Shown here one piece after another: positions 8,063 to 17,881 of a stretch of 64,000 nucleotides of DNA. Under the pieces are notes generated by a model that was not told the DNA's origin, searched no databases, and saw nothing but the letters and a program-made list of their open reading frames with translations. Location of the stretch: the NCBI GenBank assembly GCA_031409275.1, contig JANNXA010000024.1, forward strand, positions 32,001 to 96,000, written 5' to 3'. Made by a program: the position numbers and the translations under genes. The DNA is from Planctomycetota bacterium (lineage in GTDB: Bacteria > Planctomycetota > B15-G4 > SIAN01). How positions within the stretch are numbered: position 1 is the first letter of the stretch; every line of letters begins with the position of its first letter.

Positions 8063-10315
8063 TCATGGCCGATCGCTGGTCGCGCAGCGAATCGTCGTTT
8101 CCATGACCGGTGCCAGCATCGTCAACGATGCCGTGATCGCGAGTCCCATTGAAGCGTCGGGTTGGCGCCGCATGGCCGCGGAAGTGCCCCCCTTCGCAAC
8201 GCGATGGCTCCAGTCGACATGCCACTCGCCCTCGACGCGCTCGACCGCGATCGACTCGGTCCACTCCTGCGCATTCCCCAGCGCATGCCGCAGCCCGAAC
8301 TCCGAGATCGCGTTCGCAGCGCAGTCGTCGACGCGCTGCAGGTTGGCGTAGTCGTAGCGGTAGAGCAGGCCGACCGCCTTCGCGTCGACCACCTCCGGAG
8401 CCGGTCCGGGCGGCGGGAAGAGCGTCGCAAGCGGCGCCGTCTCGTCGCCCCACGGATAGCGATGGCCCTTGGTCCCACGCGCCGCCTTCTCCCACTCGAA
8501 CATCGTCGGCAAGCGCTTGCCCGCCCACTCGGCGTAGGCGACCGCCTCCGCGAAGGTGAGTCCAACCACCGGCAGCCGCGCCCATTCGGGATCGAGGCCC
8601 CACTGCCAGGAACGGGGCCGTTCGAGCGGCCTGCCCTCCGCAGCGCTGTCGGCGAGGAAGCGCTCGTACTGCTCGCACGAAACCTCGTTCTCGTCGATCC
8701 AGAAAGTCGGCTCGTAACGCTCGGGGTCGTAGAAGCGCGCGCCATCGTCGGGAAGCGCGAAAACGAACGGCCCCGCGGCGACGTCGACCATGCCGCGGTG
8801 CACGACGGCGACCGGGCGAATCCACGCATGAACGGCCACGTCGCCACGCGCGAAGGCGCGCGTCAGTTCGGCGAAGCCGACCCCCTCCTTCTCGACGACG
8901 ATGCGCCAAAGTCCCGGTTCGACCTCGACGTCGGCGAGCGGCACCTTGCCGATGGCGATGGCCTGTTCGAATCGACCGGTGACGGGATCGATCTTGCGAA
9001 GCGAAACGCGCGCGCCTTGCGCCGCGGCGTTGCCGGTGATGGCGAGGTGCGCCTTCGCAGCCGCGACGACACGCCGCTCGCGCCAAAGGAACAACGCCGC
9101 CAGCAACGCGGCACCACCGACCGCCCCGAGCAGCCACTCGCGATGCTGGCGCGTCCAGAACGCCAATCGTCGCGTGAAAGGGGGCGGGCTGGCCTCGATC
9201 GCCTCGTAGCTCAGGAAGTGGCGCAGGTCGCGCGCGAGATCGCCGGCGCTGGCGTAGCGGTGCTCCGGTTTGCGTTCGAGCGCGCGCAGGCAGATGGTCT
9301 CGAGGTCGCGCGGCACGCGCGACTCGTCGTCGCGAATCGACGCCGGAACGGCCGAGGAGATCGCTTCGAGCACTTTGTCGCGATTGGGTCCGTCGAAGGG
9401 ACGACGCAGCGCCAGCATCTCGTAGAGGAGAACGCCCAGCGACCAGAGGTCGCTCGCTGGGCCGACGTCGTCGCGCCGGCCGCTGACCTGCTCGGGGCTC
9501 ATGTAGTGCGGCGTGCCGACGAGGTCGCCGTCCAGCGTGATGGTGTCGTCGGCGCGATCGATGGCGAGCCCGAAGTCGAGGAGCTTCGGCTGCCCGTCGG
9601 CATCGAGCAGCACGTTGTGGGGTTTCAGGTCGCGATGGATGACCCCGCGCTGATGAGCGTGGTCGAGCGCGTCCGCGAGTGCCGCAATCAGCTCGGCCAC
9701 GCGCCGGAACCATCCGCGATCGAGCATCGGTGAGCCGCCGGGACTCGCGCCGTGGCGGTCCTTCTGCTCCTGGATCAGCTCGCCCAGCGTGCGACCGGGA
9801 ACGAACTCCATCGCGTACCAGCGGAGATCGCCTTCCTGGTGGCTCTCCAGGATCTTCACGATGCCTGGATGGTCGAGCCGCGCGGGCGCGCGCGCCTCAC
9901 GTTCGAACCGTTCGTTGCGGCCGCGCCGTGACGATCCGGCCTGCGGGAGGACCTTGATGGCGACGTCGCGCGGCAGCGAGATCTGACGCGCGAAGTAGAC
10001 GCGCCCCATCCCGCCTTCACCAATCATGCGGACGACCTGGAAGTCGCCGAGCCGCTGCCCCACCAGCGCATCGCTGGCCTTGCCGGTCGCGTCGTCCTTC
10101 GCCCGCCCCAAAAGCGCGCGCACGTCGAGCAGTTCCTGCAATCCCTGGCGCAGCGCCGGACGGAGGCGCTCGGGTTGGCGCGCGACGAAGGCCTCGAGTC
10201 CGACGCTGTTCTCCTCGACCTGCCCGTCGTCGAGGGCGCGGGAGAAGGCCAGCACCAGCGGCTCGATCGCAGGATCGGAAGGCGGCGAGTCGTCGTTGGA
10301 GAAGGGCTCGGCCAC
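8063..10315 (-). CDS. Ser/Thr protein kinase fused to an FGE-sulfatase (SUMF1) domain
   Basis: IGEGGMGRVY, VAIK, HRDLKPHN, DFGLA, GTPHYMSPE; one TM helix; NEVS..Y, KRLPTMFEWEKAARG, LGNAQEW, RC. GTG start at 10315 inferred. Confidence 0.9.
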   Translation of the reverse strand: MAEPFSNDDSPPSDPAIEPLVLAFSRALDDGQVEENSVGLEAFVARQPERLRPALRQGLQELLDVRALLGRAKDDATGKASDALVGQRLGDFQVVRMIGEGGMGRVYFARQISLPRDVAIKVLPQAGSSRRGRNERFEREARAPARLDHPGIVKILESHQEGDLRWYAMEFVPGRTLGELIQEQKDRHGASPGGSPMLDRGWFRRVAELIAALADALDHAHQRGVIHRDLKPHNVLLDADGQPKLLDFGLAIDRADDTITLDGDLVGTPHYMSPEQVSGRRDDVGPASDLWSLGVLLYEMLALRRPFDGPNRDKVLEAISSAVPASIRDDESRVPRDLETICLRALERKPEHRYASAGDLARDLRHFLSYEAIEASPPPFTRRLAFWTRQHREWLLGAVGGAALLAALFLWRERRVVAAAKAHLAITGNAAAQGARVSLRKIDPVTGRFEQAIAIGKVPLADVEVEPGLWRIVVEKEGVGFAELTRAFARGDVAVHAWIRPVAVVHRGMVDVAAGPFVFALPDDGARFYDPERYEPTFWIDENEVSCEQYERFLADSAAEGRPLERPRSWQWGLDPEWARLPVVGLTFAEAVAYAEWAGKRLPTMFEWEKAARGTKGHRYPWGDETAPLATLFPPPGPAPEVVDAKAVGLLYRYDYANLQRVDDCAANAISEFGLRHALGNAQEWTESIAVERVEGEWHVDWSHRVAKGGTSAAMRRQPDASMGLAITASLTMLAPVMETTIRCATSDRP

Positions 10316-10473
10316 GTAAGGGGAAGATCCGCGGAACGGGGTGTCACGACCGGCGCAGGCGACGTCTAAGCGCAGCCGGCTGCCGGGCGCAACTTGGAGC
10401 TTTACCGCACGCCTGTCACGACCGAGGATCGCGATGACCACCGGAGCGCCGCCCCCGGGCGCCCATCGCCGGA

Positions 10474-11745
10474 GTGCCCATCGTGAGAAAAAGCGTCTTC
10501 CTCTTCGCGACCCTCGACACCAAGGGCCATGAGGCGGCCTTCGTGCGCGACGTCCTGCGCCGCCTGCGACTCTCCGTGAAGCTCGTCGACACCGGCTCGC
10601 TCGGCACGCCGACCGTGCGACCCGACGTGAAGCGCGAGGCACTTTTCGCAGCGGCCGGGACGACGCTGGCGGCCGTCGTGGCGCGTGGCGATCGCGGCGA
10701 GGCGGTCAACTTCGCGGCCGCCGGCGCGGCGGAGTTGGCGCGACGCGCCTTCGCGAAAGGTGAGCTGGCAGGAGTGATCGCGCTCGGCGGTTCAGCGGGC
10801 ACGACCATCGGCACGGCCGCGATGCGCACGCTGCCGATCGGAGTGCCGAAGCTGATGGTCAGCACGCTCGCGGGGACACCGCAGGCGGGCGACTACGTGG
10901 GCAGCTCCGACGTGCTCATGATGAACTCGGTGGTCGACGTGCTGGGCATCAACCGCATCAGCGCGACGGTCCTGACGCGCGCAGCGCAGGCGATGGCGGG
11001 CATGGCGCGCGGCAAGTTGCCGAAGGCGTCGAAGCGCGCGAAGCCGCTGGTCGCCGCGTCGATGTTCGGCGTGACGACTCCATGCGTCGAGCGGGCCAAA
11101 GCGCGCCTCGAGGCGGCCGGCTGCGAGGTGCTGGTCTTCCACGCGACCGGCAGCGGCGGCAAGACGCTCGAGCAGCTCGCGCGCGACGGGATGCTGGCGG
11201 GGGTGCTCGACGTGACGACGACCGAACTTGCCGACGAGCTCGTCGGCGGAATGCTCACCGCCGGCAAGTCGCGCCTCACCGCGGCCGGCGAACGCGGGAT
11301 CCCGCAAGTGGTGAGCGTCGGTGCGCTCGACATGGTCAACTTCTTCGCGGCCGAAACCGTCCCCGAGCGCTTCAAGGAGCGCAAGTTCCACCGCCACAAC
11401 GCCAACGTCACGCTGATGCGCACCACGGCCATGGAGAACGCCGAGCTCGGCGTCGAAGTCGGCCGCAAATGCGCCGCGGCAACCGGCCCATGCGCCATCT
11501 TCCTGCCGAAGCTCGGCGTCTCGGCACTCGATCGCGCCGGGCAGCCGTTCGACGATCCAGCCGCTCGCCACGTCCTCTACGACAACATCGAGGCCAACTG
11601 CGGCAGCGTCCCGGTCCACGAGCTCGACTGCCACTTGAACGACCCGGCGTTCGCCGACGCGATGGCCGATCAGCTGTTGGCGTTCATGAAGATGGGCGCG
11701 AAGTCGGCTGCGAAGCGGGCATCGCCTGCTCGACGCCGGCGCTGA
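10474..11745 (+). CDS. UPF0261 / Tm-1-like ATP-binding domain protein
   Basis: ATLDTKGHE, LGGSAGT, LPIGVPKLMVST, SMFGVTTPCV, FHATGSGG, GALDMVNF, HNANVTLMRTT. Confidence 0.92.
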   Translation: MPIVRKSVFLFATLDTKGHEAAFVRDVLRRLRLSVKLVDTGSLGTPTVRPDVKREALFAAAGTTLAAVVARGDRGEAVNFAAAGAAELARRAFAKGELAGVIALGGSAGTTIGTAAMRTLPIGVPKLMVSTLAGTPQAGDYVGSSDVLMMNSVVDVLGINRISATVLTRAAQAMAGMARGKLPKASKRAKPLVAASMFGVTTPCVERAKARLEAAGCEVLVFHATGSGGKTLEQLARDGMLAGVLDVTTTELADELVGGMLTAGKSRLTAAGERGIPQVVSVGALDMVNFFAAETVPERFKERKFHRHNANVTLMRTTAMENAELGVEVGRKCAAATGPCAIFLPKLGVSALDRAGQPFDDPAARHVLYDNIEANCGSVPVHELDCHLNDPAFADAMADQLLAFMKMGAKSAAKRASPARRRR

Positions 11746-11898
11746 CCGCCGCGATCGGAACGGCGCGATCGAGAGCTCGATCACGTTCGTCAGCGAGATC
11801 CCCTTCGACGCGCGCGGGTCGAGTGCGCGGCCGATCGAACGGAGCACCCGCAGCGCGTGGTGGCTCTCCCCCTCCGCCGGATCGGGGGCTCGCGCGGC

Positions 11899-12800
11899 TC
11901 ATCTCCGCTTGATGGGCGCCGGCGCGACGAACCAGTGGTAGCCGTAGACGTCGCTGAACTAGAGGCGCTCGCAACGCTGCGCGATCCAAGCGCGGAATGC
12001 CTCCGCCTCGCGCGGCGCATCGGCGGGCAGGTAACGCTCCATCCGCACTCGAGCGAGGTCGCCGTCGGGCACTTCGTCGGCGAGCGTCCGCTTCAGTGCG
12101 ACGAGGCCGGGCGCATCGCGCTTCTCGCGGAGCAGCCATTCGATCTGCTCGAAGAGCACCGGCTTGCGGTAACTGACCATCGAACTGCCACATCCAGATC
12201 AGCGTGTTGAGGAAGACCTGGCGCGCGCTGTCGGTCATCTGCGTCGGATCGCTGGCGAAGCCCCACATGAACCGGTTGCCGTGGCGGCCCCGCGCGCCCG
12301 AGTTGGGCCCCTTCGAGTTGGTGCCGCTGGAGATCACTTCGGCGTCGGGCGTGTCCTCGAAGCCCAGCGGATCGGAGACGAGGCCGTAGTCGACCGTCTT
12401 GCCGAGCTCGCCCTCCTGCACCTTCCCTGCGGTCAGCGTCGCGGGCAGATCGCGGCCAGCGTGCCAATCGCGGTAGCCCCCGGGCGTGGCCATCTCGGAC
12501 GTTTCGATCTTCGGCGCGAGCGGTGCATGAGGATCGGGTGGTCGAGGCGCATCCCGTGCGCCTCATGGCCGAGGCAGAGTCAGAGCCAATCGAGCTTGGT
12601 GTGGTGCTGCACGCCGCCCGCCATGGCGCCGAGCATCACGATCGGTTTGCGAAACTCGGGCCCGCGCTTGCAGTCGGCCTGGTCGATCGACGGGTTCTGC
12701 GCATCCATCGGGTAGAGGCGCTTGCCATCGCACACCACGACGTCGAACGACGCGGCGGCCGCGACGAGTTGATCGCGCCCGTCGGGGCCGCGGCGGCCCA
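11899..12800 (-). pseudogene. Disrupted gene, probable selenoprotein-family remnant (in-frame TGA, frameshifts, in-frame TAG)
   Basis: The pieces join into one protein: FDVVVCDG...KPIVMLG..KLDWL[TGA 12582-12580]LCLGHEAHGMRLDHPIL, frameshift near 12528, APLAPKIE...GFEDTPDAEVISSG..GRHGNRFMWGF..VFLNTLIWM, frameshift near 12175, RMERYL..WI..RL[TAG 11961-11959]FSDVYGYHWFV, stop at 11899. Confidence 0.7.
12544..12582 (-). promoter_or_regulatory. Candidate bacterial SECIS hairpin 3' of an in-frame UGA
   Basis: Minus strand reads UGA, 15 nt, GAGGCGCA-CGGGA-UGCGCCUC: a perfect 8-bp stem with a G-rich loop. Confidence 0.6.
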
Positions 12801-12815
12801 TGCACCGTTCGGGCA

Positions 12816-12938
12816 CGCGACGCGCAACAGCTCGGGGGCTGCGCGATCGAAGAGCTCGGCGAGCGCGGCGGGCGTGCCAGCGCGGCGGAACTCGACGAAG
12901 AGCGCTTCGAGCGAACGAGGGAGGGTCGGCTTCGACAT
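12816..12938 (-). pseudogene. Truncated N-terminus of an ECF-type sigma factor
   Basis: AGGAGG RBS, then MSKPTLPRSLEALFVEFRRAGTPAALAELFDRAAPELLRVA, which resembles the start of ECF sigma region 2 and breaks off into unrelated sequence. Confidence 0.55.
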
Positions 12939-12976
12939 TTCGCCCCTCCTTGCCGCCAACGCCGTCAGCGTTACAG

Positions 12977-13142
12977 CCGGCGCCAACCTGCCACCTGCCG
13001 CGTCCGGCCGACTCCGGAGGCCGGCGCCAACAAGTCCTCGGCCGACTCCGGAGGCCGGCGCCACCCATCGGCTGTCGCGACTCGCGCCCTCACTCCGGTG
13101 CCGCCGGGCCGCGTCCGGCCGACTCTGGAGGCCGGCGCCACC
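12977..13142. repeat. Cluster of REP-like 24-bp imperfect palindromic repeats
   Basis: GGCCGACTC(C/T)GGAGGCCGGCGCCA at 13006, 13040 and 13117, plus a partial copy at 12977, immediately after the ggt stop. Confidence 0.8.
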
Positions 13143-13145
13143 AGT

Positions 13146-14876
<1,731 letters not shown>

Positions 14877-14924
14877 GCGGCGGACGCTACGGCCGCCGCG
14901 TCGCGCCGAGAAGCACCCCCTCGT

Positions 14925-15527
14925 TCAGCGCGGGGCCGACTGACGCGCGGCAACGTACTCCTTCGCGCGCGCTTCGAATTCCGGCGTCTTCAGCCCGACC
15001 GACTTCGCCTCGGCCGTCGCCGCATCGAGCGCGAGGCCGCCATCGAGCGTCCGCCACGCGAGCCAGAGCGCGCCGACGCGGTTGGCGCTGGCGCAGTGGA
15101 CGAGCGCCGGTCGCTCGATGCCGTTCAACAGCTCGCGCGCGCGATCGAAGACGGCGTCGGTCAGCTCGTCCTTGTTGCTGAAGGGCAGCGTGACGTAGGT
15201 GAGGCCGAGCTGCTGCACGACCGCCGCCTCATCGAAGCCGATCGGCTCGCCCGGCTTGCGCAGGTTGAGGACCGTCTTGATGCCGTTGCTCTTCGCCTGC
15301 GCGAGGTCGTCGGCCGACGGCTGGCTCGCCAGAAAGAGGCCGTTCCAGGTGTGCAGTCGCTGGATCGTGCCGCAGGTGGCGGGCTCGAGCTTGTCGGTCG
15401 TGATGGCGTGGTGCTCGATCGCGGTTGCGGGAGAGGGCGGCGAAGCGGGCGTCGGTGATGGCGACTCGCAGGCGGACAGCAGCAGCGACGCAAACGCTCC
15501 GAGGCTGCGAACGGGTGGGCGGCTCAT
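14925..15527 (-). CDS. Lipoprotein with a DUF442 / tyrosine-phosphatase-like domain
   Basis: Lipobox LLLSAC; SQPS..DL..GIKTVLNLR..E; HCASANR (Cx5R) loop. Confidence 0.85.
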   Translation of the reverse strand: MSRPPVRSLGAFASLLLSACESPSPTPASPPSPATAIEHHAITTDKLEPATCGTIQRLHTWNGLFLASQPSADDLAQAKSNGIKTVLNLRKPGEPIGFDEAAVVQQLGLTYVTLPFSNKDELTDAVFDRARELLNGIERPALVHCASANRVGALWLAWRTLDGGLALDAATAEAKSVGLKTPEFEARAKEYVAARQSAPR

Positions 15528-15690
15528 CGGACCGTGCTCCTGGATTCGGGGGCGAGATGGGGAGAGCCGCGCACGCGACTCCTCCCCTCGCCAGGATGAA
15601 GCACATTTCGCGCCGGCGTCGCCACCCGCGCCCACCGCTCGCGCGGCTACACTCCCGCCCCTTGCACGCACCTGAAGGAGGGAGAACCCG

Positions 15691-17067
15691 ATGCAGACTC
15701 GCGCCTCGTTCCGACCGACCTTTCGCGCGGCCGCCGGCCTGGTGGCGCTGACCGCCACCCTCGCCCTGCCCGGCTGCGGCGACTCGCCCTCGAGCGGCGG
15801 CGGCAGTTCGGCCGCCGTCGACACCAAGCCGCTCACCATCTGGTGGTTCGAGTGGGCGCCGCCGAAGGGGCTGCGCGAACTCTCCAAGGAGTTCACCGCG
15901 CAGACCGGCATCGCCGTCGACGTGCAGGAGATCCCGCTCAAGAGCTACCAGGACAAGACGTTCCTCGAGTTCGGCAACGCGACGACGAGCCACCCGACGA
16001 CCTTCGACATCGTCATCGGCGACAGCCAGTGGATCGGCCGCGGCGCCAGCAAGGGGCTCTACGTCGACCTGACCGACTGGCTGCCGACGGTCGTCGACAT
16101 GAAGACGATCCACGACCGTGCGGCGAAGTACTTGTGCGAGTACCCCGAGGGGAGCGGACGCTGGTTCGCGGCGCCGGCCGAGACCGATGCCATCGGCCTC
16201 GCCTACCGCAAGGACTGGTTCGACGATCCGAAGGAGCAGGCCGCGTTCGCGGCGAAGTACGGCCGACCGCTGGCGGTGCCCGACAGCTGGGACGACTTCA
16301 AGCAGGTCGCCGAGTTCTTCCAGCGCCCCGATCAGAAGCGCTTCGGATGCACGCTGCTCTCCGGCCGCGGCTACGACGCGCTGACCATGGGGCTGCAGAA
16401 CCTGCTGTGGGCGTACGGCGGCGCGTGGCATGCCGAAGGCAGCAACGCCGTGAAGGGGACGCTCGACTCGCCCGGCACCGTCGCAGCGATCGAGATGTAC
16501 CGCGAGCTGTTGAAGCTCGGGCCGAAGGGCGCGGAGAACCTCGACTACGGCGAGTCGATTGCCAACTTCGAGAACGAGTCGACGGCGATCGCGCTCAACT
16601 ACTTCGCCTTCTTCCCCGGCCTGGCGCAGAAGTTCGGCGACCGCGTCGGATTCGCGGTGGTGCCGAAGGGTCCCAAGGGCCGCGTCGCCAGCCTCGGCGG
16701 CCAGGGCTTCAGCATCTCCACCAAGATCGCGGCCGCGCGCCAGGAGCAGGCGAAGAAGTTCATCGCCTGGTTCCTGCAGAAGAGCGTCCAGGAGCAGTGG
16801 ATCACCAAGCCGGGCGGCTTCACGGCGCACACCGAGATCCTGAAGAGCGACACCTTCCGCAAGGCGACCGCCTACAACGCGCCGTTCGCCGACTCGATCG
16901 ACTCGATGCGCGACTTCTGGAACGTCCCCTGCTTCAACGAGCTGCTGACGGAGACGCAGAAGTACGTCGGCCAGGCAATCGACGGCGAGATGGACCCGAT
17001 GGCCGCGATGCAGAAGCTCGCCGAAGAGAAAGAGCGCATCCTCAAAGAGAACGGCCTGCTGAAGTAG
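15691..17067 (+). CDS. Sugar ABC transporter substrate-binding lipoprotein
   Basis: Lipobox LPGC; FTAQTGIAV, DIVIGDSQWIG, LAYRKDWF, PDSWDDF, LGGQG. Confidence 0.9.
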   Translation: MQTRASFRPTFRAAAGLVALTATLALPGCGDSPSSGGGSSAAVDTKPLTIWWFEWAPPKGLRELSKEFTAQTGIAVDVQEIPLKSYQDKTFLEFGNATTSHPTTFDIVIGDSQWIGRGASKGLYVDLTDWLPTVVDMKTIHDRAAKYLCEYPEGSGRWFAAPAETDAIGLAYRKDWFDDPKEQAAFAAKYGRPLAVPDSWDDFKQVAEFFQRPDQKRFGCTLLSGRGYDALTMGLQNLLWAYGGAWHAEGSNAVKGTLDSPGTVAAIEMYRELLKLGPKGAENLDYGESIANFENESTAIALNYFAFFPGLAQKFGDRVGFAVVPKGPKGRVASLGGQGFSISTKIAAARQEQAKKFIAWFLQKSVQEQWITKPGGFTAHTEILKSDTFRKATAYNAPFADSIDSMRDFWNVPCFNELLTETQKYVGQAIDGEMDPMAAMQKLAEEKERILKENGLLK

Positions 17068-17118
17068 CGAGTCAAGCAGGGCGTCCCGCGAGAGGCGACG
17101 CCTGGCCCGACCGCTTAA

Positions 17119-17440
17119 GAGCGCCTAACAGCCCGTTGGAGCACTCCCCGTGTCGCCTGGCGGCGTCTTTCAAGCCGGTACTTCGTCGGAGTCTCTCGAC
17201 AACTCACCGGGGAGTTGGCTTCGAACCTCCTCCTCGTCCCGACTCGAAATTCGCTCGGCAGACTCGCGGTGACTTCTCCAACGGGCTGCTAACAGAATGT
17301 CCGCTGCGTTCGACCGGCTGCGGCCACCCAGGACTTCGTCGACCTCCATCGGCGACTCTTCAGAGTCGCCTGCTTCGGCCTCCTCGTCCTGCGCGGCCTC
17401 GCTCGGTCTCGGCGCGACAAGTCCATTCTGTTAGGCGCTC
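17119..17440. mobile_element. MITE type A (158 bp once the nested insert is removed), 17-bp TIR GAGCGCCTAACAGAATG, TAA target duplication
   Basis: TAA|GAGCGCCTAA[insert]CAGAATG ... CATTCTGTTAGGCGCTC|TAA; central palindrome GGCGACTCT-TC-AGAGTCGCC. Confidence 0.85.
17129..17288. mobile_element. MITE type B copy 1 (160 bp), nested in the left TIR of type A, CTAA duplication
   Basis: CTAA|CAGCCCGTTGGAG ... CTCCAACGGGCTG|CTAA; a closely similar inverted copy lies at 60008-60167. Confidence 0.9.
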
Positions 17441-17494
17441 TAAGGAGCGTGGGGCCAGGCGCGTCAACGTGCCGCGGTCGTGATCAGGACTCGA

Positions 17495-17746
17495 TCACGA
17501 CTCGTCGTCGAGCGTGAAGCCGATCTTCACCGTGACCTGCCAGTGGGCGATCTTGCCGTCCTCGAGAGAGCCGCGCGTCTCGGTGATCTGGAACCAGCGC
17601 AGGTTCCGCAGCGTCTTCGCAGCACGCATCACGGCGTTGTTCACGGCATCGTCACTCGACTTGCTCGACGAGCCCACCAGCTCGGCGATCTTGTAGACGT
17701 TGGCAGCGCTCTTCTGCGGGTCGTTCTTCTGCTTGCCGTTCTTCAT
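17495..17746 (-). CDS. Dodecin family protein
   Basis: [39 protein letters not shown]....[12 protein letters not shown]. Confidence 0.93.
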   Translation of the reverse strand: MKNGKQKNDPQKSAANVYKIAELVGSSSKSSDDAVNNAVMRAAKTLRNLRWFQITETRGSLEDGKIAHWQVTVKIGFTLDDES

Positions 17747-17881
17747 GCGAATCTCCTGGAATAGGCGGTCCCGCACGCAGAAATGCGCGCGCGGACGTTC
17801 GCACCCTAGCGACCTAGGACGCAGTCCCGCGCTGCCATCGCAGCGTCGATTCACGCGCAGATCGCGTGGATCGGCGCTCCC

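Noticed and set aside
11959..11961. In-frame TAG as pyrrolysine or programmed readthrough
   Set aside because: It lies in a gene that also has frameshifts and a missing 5' end, so a nonsense mutation is the simpler explanation.
12977..13142. 24-bp repeats as a CRISPR array
   Set aside because: The spacers are 10 and 53 bp, there are only three full copies and no cas genes are in the window.
17068..17114. GC hairpin after the binding-protein gene as an intrinsic terminator
   Set aside because: The stem is imperfect and lacks a U-tract, so it is not supportable.
17200..17260. TTCGAA-containing stem as a tRNA T-arm
   Set aside because: No cloverleaf or CCA end; the sequence is internal to MITE B.
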